A stretch of DNA of 64,000 nucleotides from Gemmatimonadales bacterium (GCA_036393515.1 DASWGV010000153.1:5283-69282), one strand, 5' to 3'. Positions 19,501 through 27,125 are shown, counted from the stretch's first letter. Numbers and translations: made by a program. Notes: generated by a model not told the origin, from the letters alone.

Positions 19501-21456
19501 GTGGATCTGAATCGGCAATGCCGCTTCGATACGTTCGTGGTCGGGCCGAGCAACCAGATGGCGGCCCAGGCGGCGCGCACCGTGGCGCAAAGTCCGGGCA
19601 CGGCGTATAACCCGCTGTTTCTCTACGGTCCGACGGGTCTGGGCAAGACCCACCTCTTGATGGCCATCGGGCATCACGCCCGCGAGGTCGCCGGCTCCAT
19701 CGCCGTTGAGTACCTGACGCTCGAGGAGCTCGTGGAAGCGCTCCACGCCGCGGTCGCCGCCGGGCAAAGTGACGCGTTCCGCCGGCGCTTCGCGGCGGTG
19801 GACGTGCTGCTGGTGGACGACGTGCAGTTCCTCACCCATCGGCGCGAGGTCCAGGCCGAGTTGCTACGGCTGGTGGGTGAGCTCCAGGGGGCGGGGAAAC
19901 AGATCGTCCTGAGCAGCGATCGCCCCCCGGCGGAGATCGAGAACCTGGATGAACGGTTGATCCACGGGTTCCAGGGGGGCCTGATCGTGGATATCGGGCG
20001 TCCGGAGATCGCCACGCGGCTGGCGATTCTGGAGCGGCGCGCCCGGGACCGGGGCGTCCAGTTCGCGGCGGGTGTGCTAGAAGCCGCGGCGGGTCCCGAC
20101 GTGGCCAATGTGCGCGAGCTGCTCGGCCTCCTCAATCGCCTGGTGGCATTCCAGGCCGTGAGTGACGAGCCGCTGAAAGCCGAGTCGGTGGCGGCGCTGC
20201 TGGGCGTGTCCGCCGTGGCGCCCGCGGCAGCCGTGGCGTCAACGCCCGCCCCAGGGGCGGCCGCCGCCGCCCCGCCGGATGAGTTTTCGTCCTTCTTGTC
20301 CGACATCACCAGCACGGTGACGCAGCAGGTTGAGGCGTGGCGCCGCCGTCTTGGTGAAACCATCCTGCGATGGGAGGGGGAGGGATATCGCACGACGCGC
20401 CTGGAGGAATTCCTCAAACGCGACACGCCCGTCGGGGCCGAAGCGGCTATCCGGAAGTTCGAGGCGGACGTCGAGCGCCTCCGTGTTCTTGAGGCCGAGA
20501 TTATTCGACTCGATCCCCGGGCGGTCGGGGACGCCGTGTTCCGCAATCCGGACCGGCTCGGTGACGCGGAGTCGCTGGTGCAGCGCGCGCGCGACGGGCT
20601 CGCGCCGTTGCCGGGACCGTCACCGGTCTGGACCTTCGATGAGTATCTCCCCGGCGAAGTCAACAAGGTGGCGCTGCGGGCGGCACGCGCCGTTGCAGAG
20701 TCGCCAGGCACGCGGTTCAACCCGCTGGTGCTGGTGGGCCCAGCCGGCGTGGGGAAGACGCATCTCCTCCATGCGATCGGCAACGCGCTCGCCGCCTCTG
20801 GCGCGGTGATCGCCTGCTTGTCGGCCAGCGACTTCGCCGATGACTTGCTGGAAGCGCACGCCGCGGACCGCACCGAGGCCTGGCGCACCCGCCAGCGCCG
20901 CGCTGTGGCGTTGCTGCTGGACGACGTGCACCTCGTCGCCCGGCGCCCAGAGGTCGAGGAGGAGCTGTATCACTTGCTCAATCACATCCAGGCGCAGAAG
21001 GGACAGTTGGTGTTCACCATCAACGCGCTTCCCGGAGAAGTGGCGGGACTGGACCCACGGGTAGTGGCGCGTCTGGACGAGGGATTGCCGGTCACCGTGG
21101 CGCCCCCCGACCGTGAGCTCAGGCTGGCCATTGTGCGCCGGCAGATCGAGATCCGGGTCGGGACACCGGACCTGGATCTGGTGGAATACCTCGGCGCGCG
21201 CCCCGCCGAGTCCGTCCGCGTGGTCCTTGCCCTGGTGCAGCGGGTGCTGAGCGCCGCCGAGAGCCAGGGCGCAGTCCCCAGCGCGTCCCTGGCGCGCGAA
21301 CTGCTGGAGGGGTCCATGCCCCGCCAGCGACGGCCCTCGGTGGGGATGCGTACCAGCGGCATCATCGTCTCTCCGACGGCCTCGGTGCGGAGCCGGGAGA
21401 AGTTCGTCTGGTTCTGGCCCGACGCCGCGGACCGCATTGTGGAGGAGTTGGACTGA
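19501..21456 (+). CDS. tandem DnaA-like AAA+ ATPase (two DnaA domain-III modules, no DnaA DNA-binding domain)
   Basis: ORF 19501..21456, 651 aa, GTG start 3 nt after the mglA stop. Module 1: FDTFVVGPSN, NPLFLYGPTGLGKTHLL, LLVDDVQF, IVLSSDR, NVRELLG. Ala/Pro-rich and helical linker. Module 2: FDEYLPGEVN, NPLVLVGPAGVGKTHLL, LLLDDVHL, PRVVARLDEGL. I see no helix-turn-helix domain IV at the C-terminus. Confidence 0.85.
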   Translation: MDLNRQCRFDTFVVGPSNQMAAQAARTVAQSPGTAYNPLFLYGPTGLGKTHLLMAIGHHAREVAGSIAVEYLTLEELVEALHAAVAAGQSDAFRRRFAAVDVLLVDDVQFLTHRREVQAELLRLVGELQGAGKQIVLSSDRPPAEIENLDERLIHGFQGGLIVDIGRPEIATRLAILERRARDRGVQFAAGVLEAAAGPDVANVRELLGLLNRLVAFQAVSDEPLKAESVAALLGVSAVAPAAAVASTPAPGAAAAAPPDEFSSFLSDITSTVTQQVEAWRRRLGETILRWEGEGYRTTRLEEFLKRDTPVGAEAAIRKFEADVERLRVLEAEIIRLDPRAVGDAVFRNPDRLGDAESLVQRARDGLAPLPGPSPVWTFDEYLPGEVNKVALRAARAVAESPGTRFNPLVLVGPAGVGKTHLLHAIGNALAASGAVIACLSASDFADDLLEAHAADRTEAWRTRQRRAVALLLDDVHLVARRPEVEEELYHLLNHIQAQKGQLVFTINALPGEVAGLDPRVVARLDEGLPVTVAPPDRELRLAIVRRQIEIRVGTPDLDLVEYLGARPAESVRVVLALVQRVLSAAESQGAVPSASLARELLEGSMPRQRRPSVGMRTSGIIVSPTASVRSREKFVWFWPDAADRIVEELD

Positions 21457-23069
21457 TGGCGATCCGGGGAAGCTTGAAGGAGGCGTCGCTCGCCGACGTG
21501 CTCCAGCTCCTGGCCCTGGGCCAGAAAACCGGCTGCCTCTCCGTGATCGATCGCAACAACATCGCCCACCTGTACTTCGAACGCGGCCGGATCTGCTACG
21601 CCTCCATTGTGAACCGCCGGGACCGCCTGGGTGATATCCTGGTGAAGAACGGACGTATCTCGCAGAACCAGCTGGAGCGAGCCATCGCCCGGCAGGAGCA
21701 GGAGCGGGAGAAACGGCTGGGAGAGCTGCTGATTGACGAAGGCGCTATCTCGCGCAGTGACCTGGAGCATTACATGCGCGTGCAGATTCAGGAGGCGGTG
21801 TATTTCCTGTTCACCTGGACCCGGGGCACGTTCAATTTCGAGACGGACCTGCGGCCCGAGGGCCAGGACGTCCTGGTCTCGATCAATCCCGAGTCATTGC
21901 TGCTGGAAGGCGCCCGCCGGGTTGACGAGTGGAGCCTGATCGAGAAGAAGATCCCCAGTTTCGATCTGGTGTTCAGCGTGGACGCGGACCGTCTGGCCGG
22001 TTCGGACGTGGAGCTCACCGAAACGCAGCGACGCATTGTGCCCCTCATCGACGGCCAGCGGGACGTCCAGCACGTGATCGAGGAATCCGGACTCGGCGAG
22101 TTCGAGGTGGGCAAGGCATTGTTCGGGCTGATCACGGCCGGATTCGCCCACCGCATCGGACGCAGCCACGCGGTGGCGGCCGACGGGACCGATGCCCGGG
22201 TGGAGGAGCATCGCAACCTGGGTCTGGCGTTCTACCGGACCGGGATGTTGGACGAAGCCAGCCGGGAATTCCGGCGGGTGGCCGAGCTCCGACCCACGGA
22301 CGGCAGCGCCTACTTCTACCTGGGGTTGGTGGCGCTGAAACAGGCGCGCTGGGAGGAGGCCGCGGAGCTGCTATCCCAGGCCGCGGAACGCGGCGGTGAG
22401 CGGCCCGCCGTGCTGCATAATCTGGCGTATGCGCTCGAGCGCACCGGACGCCTGGATGAAGCGGAGGCCATGTTCGGTGATGCCGCCGCGCGGGCTCGGC
22501 ACGACGCGCGGCACCTGCTGGGGTGGGGCATCGCCGCGCTCCAGCGGGGGGACCCGCAAGTCGCGGCCGGCCGCCTGGACCGCGCCCGCGAAGTCTGGGG
22601 CAACGAGTTGCCGGCCATCTGGTATTGGGCGCGCGGCCTGGCCGCCGCGGCGGATGGGGAATTCCCCGAGGCGGAGCGCCTCACGGGTGAGGGCCTGGAG
22701 CGCTTCCCCCACCACGCCATCCTCCAGAACAACCTCGCCGCGCTGGTGGAGATCGGGGGCGATCTGGAGCGAGCCCAGGAGTTGATTGACGCGGCGCTGG
22801 CGGATGATCCATCGGTCCCGCAGCTGTCCAAGAACTTCGGAGACTTGCTCTACCGGTCGGGCCGGTATGATGATGCGTGGGAGGCCTACAAGCGGGCCGT
22901 AAAGCTGCAGCCGGACTTGGGAGACGACGTGTACTTCAAACTGGGTAACATCGCGTACAAGCGGATGGACCGGGACATGGCGGGAATGTTGTGGCGCCAG
23001 GCGCTGGAGCTGAACCCCGGACACGAGCTGGCCCGCACCAACCTGGAGACGCTGAATGCGGTGGCCTGA
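21456..23069 (+). CDS. PATAN/DUF4388-domain protein with long TPR C-terminus (paralog of 16058..17212)
   Basis: ORF 21456..23069. The ATG shares one nt with the upstream TGA. N-terminus GSLKEASLADVLQLLALGQKTGCLSV...HLYFERGRICYAS...LGDILVKNGRISQNQLERAI...LGELLIDEGAISRSDLEHY...WTRGTFNFE, followed by TPR repeats. Confidence 0.75.
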   Translation: MAIRGSLKEASLADVLQLLALGQKTGCLSVIDRNNIAHLYFERGRICYASIVNRRDRLGDILVKNGRISQNQLERAIARQEQEREKRLGELLIDEGAISRSDLEHYMRVQIQEAVYFLFTWTRGTFNFETDLRPEGQDVLVSINPESLLLEGARRVDEWSLIEKKIPSFDLVFSVDADRLAGSDVELTETQRRIVPLIDGQRDVQHVIEESGLGEFEVGKALFGLITAGFAHRIGRSHAVAADGTDARVEEHRNLGLAFYRTGMLDEASREFRRVAELRPTDGSAYFYLGLVALKQARWEEAAELLSQAAERGGERPAVLHNLAYALERTGRLDEAEAMFGDAAARARHDARHLLGWGIAALQRGDPQVAAGRLDRAREVWGNELPAIWYWARGLAAAADGEFPEAERLTGEGLERFPHHAILQNNLAALVEIGGDLERAQELIDAALADDPSVPQLSKNFGDLLYRSGRYDDAWEAYKRAVKLQPDLGDDVYFKLGNIAYKRMDRDMAGMLWRQALELNPGHELARTNLETLNAVA

Positions 23070-23105
23070 GCGCGCGACGCGCGGCGGGGGCCGGAGCCCG
23101 GGGGC

Positions 23106-23969
23106 ATGAGCGATTCCATCGCCGCGGCCTTGCGCGCCTCGTATGCCGAGATCACCAAGAAGCTGGACCTGCCGCACACGCCGGAGAGCCGGGAAGCCGT
23201 CAAGCGGGACATCATCGCGTTGTTCAAGACGGTGGACCAGGCCATCATGGATCTCGGAGCGTTGAAAGAAGACATTCGCACCCTGGTGGACCGGTACAAG
23301 CAGCTCTCGCAAGGCGAGACCGGGACGCAGGCGCCGCAGTTCACCGGAGCGGTCCCCGTCCTCCACGCCGATCACATTGGCGCTTCCACGTTCATTCAGA
23401 AGGGCTGGAGCCTGATCTCGCTGGGTGACTATCCGGGCGCCATCCAGGCCCTGTCCAAGGCCCTTACCCTCTCCCCGGGAGATTCCCAGGCGGAATCGCT
23501 CCTGGGGTGGGCCCAGATGTTGGCCGAGGATTATGACAGCGCGCTGGCCACCCTCCAGAAGGTGCTCACCAAGGAGCCGGCCAACTCGCTGGCCCGGATC
23601 AATCTGGGGTACGTGTGTCTCAAGAAGCGGCTGTTTGGTGAAGCCATTGAGCACCTTTCCAAGGCGATCCGTCTGGACAACGACAAGAAAGCGACGCTGT
23701 ACGCCCATTACTACCTGGGCCTGGTGTACTTCGAGCGTGAGATGTTCGAGGATGCCGAGACGTTCTTCCGCAAGACCCTGCAATTGGGCCCGAACCTGAT
23801 CGAAGCGTACTACGAGCTGGGTCGCTCCTTCTGGTTCGCCGGAGATCCGGAGGCGGCCAAGCAGGCGTGGGAGGACGGCTTCAAGGCCAACAAATTCAAT
23901 CCGTGGGGCAAACGCTGCAAGGAAACGCTCGATCTCGTCGCCCAGGGCCACGAGCCGCCCCGCTCCTGA
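23106..23969 (+). CDS. TPR-repeat protein (287 aa) with helical N-terminal region
   Basis: ORF 23106..23969 with TPR units such as GDYPGAIQALSKALTLSPGD, EDYDSALATLQKVLTKEPAN and ATLYAHYYLGLVYFEREMFEDAETFFRKTLQLGPN. Confidence 0.75.
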   Translation: MSDSIAAALRASYAEITKKLDLPHTPESREAVKRDIIALFKTVDQAIMDLGALKEDIRTLVDRYKQLSQGETGTQAPQFTGAVPVLHADHIGASTFIQKGWSLISLGDYPGAIQALSKALTLSPGDSQAESLLGWAQMLAEDYDSALATLQKVLTKEPANSLARINLGYVCLKKRLFGEAIEHLSKAIRLDNDKKATLYAHYYLGLVYFEREMFEDAETFFRKTLQLGPNLIEAYYELGRSFWFAGDPEAAKQAWEDGFKANKFNPWGKRCKETLDLVAQGHEPPRS

Positions 23970-24823
23970 CGCTGGTCCTGGTTGGCTCCGTGCCCCAGGG
24001 GCCAGCGGTGGTGCAGGTGGGCGGCGCCGCGGCCGTGTACTGGCGGGGCCACGAGGGGCTCGCGACCGCGCTGGCCGAGGCCGCCGACCGCGCGGGGCCG
24101 TGGCCCGGGCTTCCCGACTCGATCCGTCCCGCCGTCCGCATCCTGATCGCCGGGTCCCAGACTCAGTTCGATTCGCTGGTGGCGGGACGCCTGCCGTCGT
24201 GGGGAGCCGGGGCCGCCTTTCCGGGTATGAGAACGGTAGTGGTGCTGGCGGGGCGGGATCCCTTTCGAGTCCTCCAGCATGAGTTGGCGCACGTCGCGCT
24301 GCACGCCGTGGTGCGTGGCCCGCCGCTCTGGCTAGACGAGGGGTACGCGGCCCGGGCCGCCGGCGAGTGGGATCGCCTCGCGGCGCTGCGAGTGAACTGG
24401 ATCGTGGCCCTCGGTCGGGTACCGCCGCTGCGGGGCCTGGCCGTCGAGCTGCGGGGTGGGGCGGCGCAGGCGGAGGTGGGCTACGCATTGGCCACCAGCG
24501 CCGTGCTCTTGCTGGAACGGATGGGTGGGGAACGCGGCTTGGCCCCGTTGCTGGCGGCGTTGGCGGCCACGGGCGATCTGGATCAGGCGCTCCGACAAAC
24601 TCACGGCGTGAGCCTTGATCAGTTCGAGCGGCGGTGGCGGGAAGATCTGCGCCGGCGCTTTGGATGGCTTGCGCTGGCGGGCTCGTTCACGGCCTTGTGG
24701 ACGGCAGTCCTGGCGGTGGTCGGGAGCGTATGGTTGCGCCGCCGGCGGCGTGACGCCGTCAGGCGGGCGGCGCTCGAGATTGGGTGGCCCGTTCCCGCGG
24801 ATGAACCCGGGGCAAGTGCTTGA
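23867..24823 (+). CDS. peptidase MA-like (HExxH ... EGxA) protein with C-terminal TM anchor; start uncertain
   Basis: ORF 23867..24823 with HELAHVALHAVVRGPPLWLDEGYA (gluzincin-type) and a C-terminal helix WLALAGSFTALWTAVLAVVGSVWL. ATG 23867 overlaps the upstream gene by 103 nt. In-frame GTG 23903 or GTG 23990 are alternative starts. RSRRPGPRAAPLLTLVLVGSV looks signal-peptide-like, which favours a start at 23867 or 23903. Confidence 0.6.
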   Translation: MGGRLQGQQIQSVGQTLQGNARSRRPGPRAAPLLTLVLVGSVPQGPAVVQVGGAAAVYWRGHEGLATALAEAADRAGPWPGLPDSIRPAVRILIAGSQTQFDSLVAGRLPSWGAGAAFPGMRTVVVLAGRDPFRVLQHELAHVALHAVVRGPPLWLDEGYAARAAGEWDRLAALRVNWIVALGRVPPLRGLAVELRGGAAQAEVGYALATSAVLLLERMGGERGLAPLLAALAATGDLDQALRQTHGVSLDQFERRWREDLRRRFGWLALAGSFTALWTAVLAVVGSVWLRRRRRDAVRRAALEIGWPVPADEPGASA

Positions 24824-24848
24824 CGGACATGGACCTGGCAGTTAGCCT
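24820..24848 (+). promoter_or_regulatory. sigma70-like promoter candidate TTGACG-N17-TAGCCT
   Basis: TTGACG at 24820-25, an exact 17-nt spacer, then TAGCCT at 24843-48. ATG 24857 lies 8 nt after the -10 and has no Shine-Dalgarno. It could equally drive tRNA-Val. Confidence 0.25.
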
Positions 24849-24856
24849 GAAACCTT

Positions 24857-25042
24857 ATGCCGGAAAAAGAGATGTTGTCCGGGCGCTTGCGATTTGGACG
24901 AGTCAATGCTGGGTTGCTAGGCGCGGCGGTCATCTCGCTTGGTGTGGGGTATTACCTGTTGGCTCAAGGGTCAACCGGGCTTGCCCCCATACTCCTGGTG
25001 CTCGGGTACTGCGTGCTGTTTCCGCTGGGGTTGGCACTGTAG
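24857..25042 (+). CDS. small hydrophobic protein, two predicted TM helices (61 aa), hypothetical
   Basis: ORF 24857..25042: AGLLGAAVISLGVGYYLLA and LAPILLVLGYCVLFPLGLAL. Codon third positions are visibly less GC-biased than in neighbouring genes, so coding status is uncertain. Confidence 0.4.
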   Translation: MPEKEMLSGRLRFGRVNAGLLGAAVISLGVGYYLLAQGSTGLAPILLVLGYCVLFPLGLAL

Positions 25043-25048
25043 CGTTCC

Positions 25049-25123
25049 GGGCGAATAGCTCAGTTGGCCTAGAGCGCCTGCCTTACACGCAGGAAGTCGG
25101 GGGTTCGAATCCCTCTTCGCCCA
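25049..25123 (+). tRNA. tRNA-Val (anticodon TAC)
   Basis: Hand-folded 75-nt cloverleaf. Acceptor GGGCGAA/TTCGCCC, D stem GCTC/GAGC, anticodon stem CCTGC/GCAGG with loop CTTACAC, T arm GGGGG-TTCGAAT-CCCTC, discriminator A. CCA is not encoded. Confidence 0.95.
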
Positions 25124-25194
25124 TGCGGTGGCCGGATCGCGAAGGGGGCGGCTCCGGTGCAGGACGTGACGGTCACAAACTGGAGGGACGGACG

Positions 25195-26964
25195 GTGCAG
25201 CAGATTTGCCGCAAGCTGATCGCGCTCGGGTGGATTGTCGGGTTCGCCGGGACGTTCATCATCCCTGCCTCCGCGGGGGCGCAGACGCGGCCGCAAGCCC
25301 AGCAGCTGGACCGCCTCCTGGTGCTCACTCCGGTGCCGGTGGACCCCGGGGATTCCATCCTGGCGGTGGCGGTCGGCGACGAGTTCCGGTCCCGCCTTGA
25401 AGGCAAGACCAGGCGCCAGATGAGCGTGGTACCCAAGGACCGGATCGGCGAGGCGCTGGAGGCGTCCGGCTTCAGCCGTGAGGCCATGCTGGATCCTTCG
25501 GCCTCCGAACAGCTCGCCCGTTTCCTCCAGGCAGACGCCTACATCGTCGGCCGGCTGGAACAGAACTCGGCACCGCAAGCACACCTGCGCATGGTGGATA
25601 TCCGGCGCACCGGTCTCTCGGGATGGGTCCACTTCACCGCGCCGACGGGTGCTACGCCGAAGGATATCGCCGAGGGCCTGGCGAGCCAGATGGACGCGCA
25701 GTTGCGGGCCGCGAGCGCCGCGCGCGACTGCGTGGATCGGCGGGACCGCCGGGACTACAGCTCCGCCAAGGATCGCGCCCGCCGCGCGTTCGAAGCCGTG
25801 CCCAATCATCCGTCCGCCGCCATGTGCCTGGCTATCGTCTTTGAGGCGGCGCGGGAGCCGGTGGACAGCCAGATCATGGCGCTCGAGATGGCCCTGAAAG
25901 GCGACTCGATCCATACCCGCACCTACGAAATGCTGGGGCGCCAGTACCAGGTAAAGGGCGACACGCTGAAGGCCGCCGAGATCTACCAGCAGCAGCTGGC
26001 GGCGGATCCTACGGACAGCCGGCTCCGCACGGGTGTGGTGGCCCTGCTGATCACCCAGAAGCAATACGAGCAGGCGCGGGCCCTGGTGGACGAGGGTCTC
26101 AAGGCCAATCCGACGGATGTGCAGGCTCTCCAACTGAAGGTGCGTGCCTGCAAGGACGGGTCGCTCTGGCCCTGTCTGTTGGAGGCCAACGCGGCGCTCT
26201 ATGAGCTGGACTCGAGCCTGACGGGCAATGCCCAGTTCTATCTGGAGACCTTTGGGGCGGCCCAGGCGGCCAACGACACCGCCGCCATGCTCCGCTGGTC
26301 CGGCGAGGCGGTGCGCCGGGTTCCCGATAACGTCATTTTCTGGCGCGCGCGGGCCAACGCGCTGAAGACCGCCGGCCAGGACGACTCGGCGCTGGTGGCA
26401 TACGAGCGGATCGCGGCGCTCGATCCCAGCGATATCGCCAGTCCGTTGCAGATCGCCGAGATCATGATGGCCAGTGTGGTCATTGACACCACGGTACCGC
26501 TGGACACGGCGCGGCTGGCGCAGGTAGACGCGCTTCTGTCGCGCATCGCCGCCTTGCGAACCACCCCCGCGGGTGGGTCCAGCGACACCGCCGTGTGGAC
26601 CAACGTGGCGGCGCGTTACCTCCAGCCGGGTGCGCAGCTGGTGCAGAAGCGGGTGAGTTTCCCGTTAGGGGTCTACTGGCTGGAGCGCGCCGTGAAATAC
26701 GACGTGAGCCGCCAGCTCTCTACCCAGGCGAACTTCTTCCTGGGCCTGGGGTATTTCTTCCAGTTGGGAGAGGTAGATGCCCGGTTGCGTGAGACCAAGT
26801 CCTGCGCCATGGTGACGCAAGAAGCGGATATGGTCGCCAAGGCCAAGGCGGCGATGACCGCCGGTGCGAGTCTGCAGCAGGCCACCGCCAATCAGATCCT
26901 CCAATACTTGGGGCAGTATGAGGGCCTGATCCCCAGCTACAAGCAGAGCTTCAAATGTCCCTGA
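25195..26964 (+). CDS. secreted TPR-repeat protein
   Basis: In-frame 3' part of ORF 24820..26964; the upstream part runs through tRNA-Val. GTG 25195 is preceded by GGAGGG. Signal peptide ICRKLIALGWIVGFAGTFIIPASAGAQ. TPR-like repeats such as YEMLGRQYQVKGDTLKAAEIYQQQLAADP. Confidence 0.75.
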   Translation: MQQICRKLIALGWIVGFAGTFIIPASAGAQTRPQAQQLDRLLVLTPVPVDPGDSILAVAVGDEFRSRLEGKTRRQMSVVPKDRIGEALEASGFSREAMLDPSASEQLARFLQADAYIVGRLEQNSAPQAHLRMVDIRRTGLSGWVHFTAPTGATPKDIAEGLASQMDAQLRAASAARDCVDRRDRRDYSSAKDRARRAFEAVPNHPSAAMCLAIVFEAAREPVDSQIMALEMALKGDSIHTRTYEMLGRQYQVKGDTLKAAEIYQQQLAADPTDSRLRTGVVALLITQKQYEQARALVDEGLKANPTDVQALQLKVRACKDGSLWPCLLEANAALYELDSSLTGNAQFYLETFGAAQAANDTAAMLRWSGEAVRRVPDNVIFWRARANALKTAGQDDSALVAYERIAALDPSDIASPLQIAEIMMASVVIDTTVPLDTARLAQVDALLSRIAALRTTPAGGSSDTAVWTNVAARYLQPGAQLVQKRVSFPLGVYWLERAVKYDVSRQLSTQANFFLGLGYFFQLGEVDARLRETKSCAMVTQEADMVAKAKAAMTAGASLQQATANQILQYLGQYEGLIPSYKQSFKCP

Positions 26965-26984
26965 GACGAGACGGCGCTTGAACC

Positions 26985-27023
26985 GACGCGGCGGGGGGCA
27001 TAGCTTTCCGCCGCGTCTTCATT
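26985..27023 (+). terminator. stem-loop terminator candidate
   Basis: Perfect 10-bp stem, GACGCGGCGG (26985-94) with CCGCCGCGTC (27008-17), and a 13-nt loop, followed by TTCATTC. It starts 21 nt after the stop at 26964. Confidence 0.5.
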
Positions 27024-27025
27024 CA

Positions 27026-27099
27026 GGGGCTGTAGCTCAGCTGGTTAGAGTGCCGGTCTGTCACACCGGAGGCCGCGGGTTCGAGTCCCGTCAGCCCCG
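27026..27099 (+). tRNA. tRNA-Asp (anticodon GTC)
   Basis: Hand-folded 74-nt cloverleaf. Acceptor GGGGCTG/CAGCCCC, D stem GCTC/GAGT, anticodon stem CCGGT/ACCGG with loop CTGTCAC, T arm GCGGG-TTCGAGT-CCCGT, discriminator G. Confidence 0.95.
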
Positions 27100-27125
27100 T
27101 CTTGGTCCGAACGCGACACTGCAGC

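Noticed and set aside
19501-21456. Possibility that the DnaA-like ORF is the genuine replication initiator, marking oriC.
   Set aside because: It has no domain IV DNA-binding HTH and no domain I. The AAA+ module is duplicated. There is no adjacent dnaN, recF or gyrB, and I saw no DnaA-box array or AT-rich DUE nearby. It is treated instead as a DnaA paralog of unknown function.
22371-24488. Very long antisense ORFs in the track, e.g. 22371..24488 (-) at 705 aa, 31701..34124 (-) at 807 aa, 14176..16092 (-), 7996..9342 (-) and 18454..19839 (-).
   Set aside because: They lie opposite + strand genes with unmistakable family motifs (TPR, murF/mraY, ileS, mglA). They translate to Arg/Pro/Gly/Ala-rich low-complexity sequence and span several unrelated sense genes. 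Long open antisense frames are expected in very GC-rich DNA because stop codons are AT-rich.
24820-25194. N-terminal 125 codons of ORF 24820..26964.
   Set aside because: This part of the frame reads straight through tRNA-Val (25049-25123) and the small ORF. A GTG with a GGAGGG ribosome-binding site at 25195, followed by a signal peptide, is a much better start.
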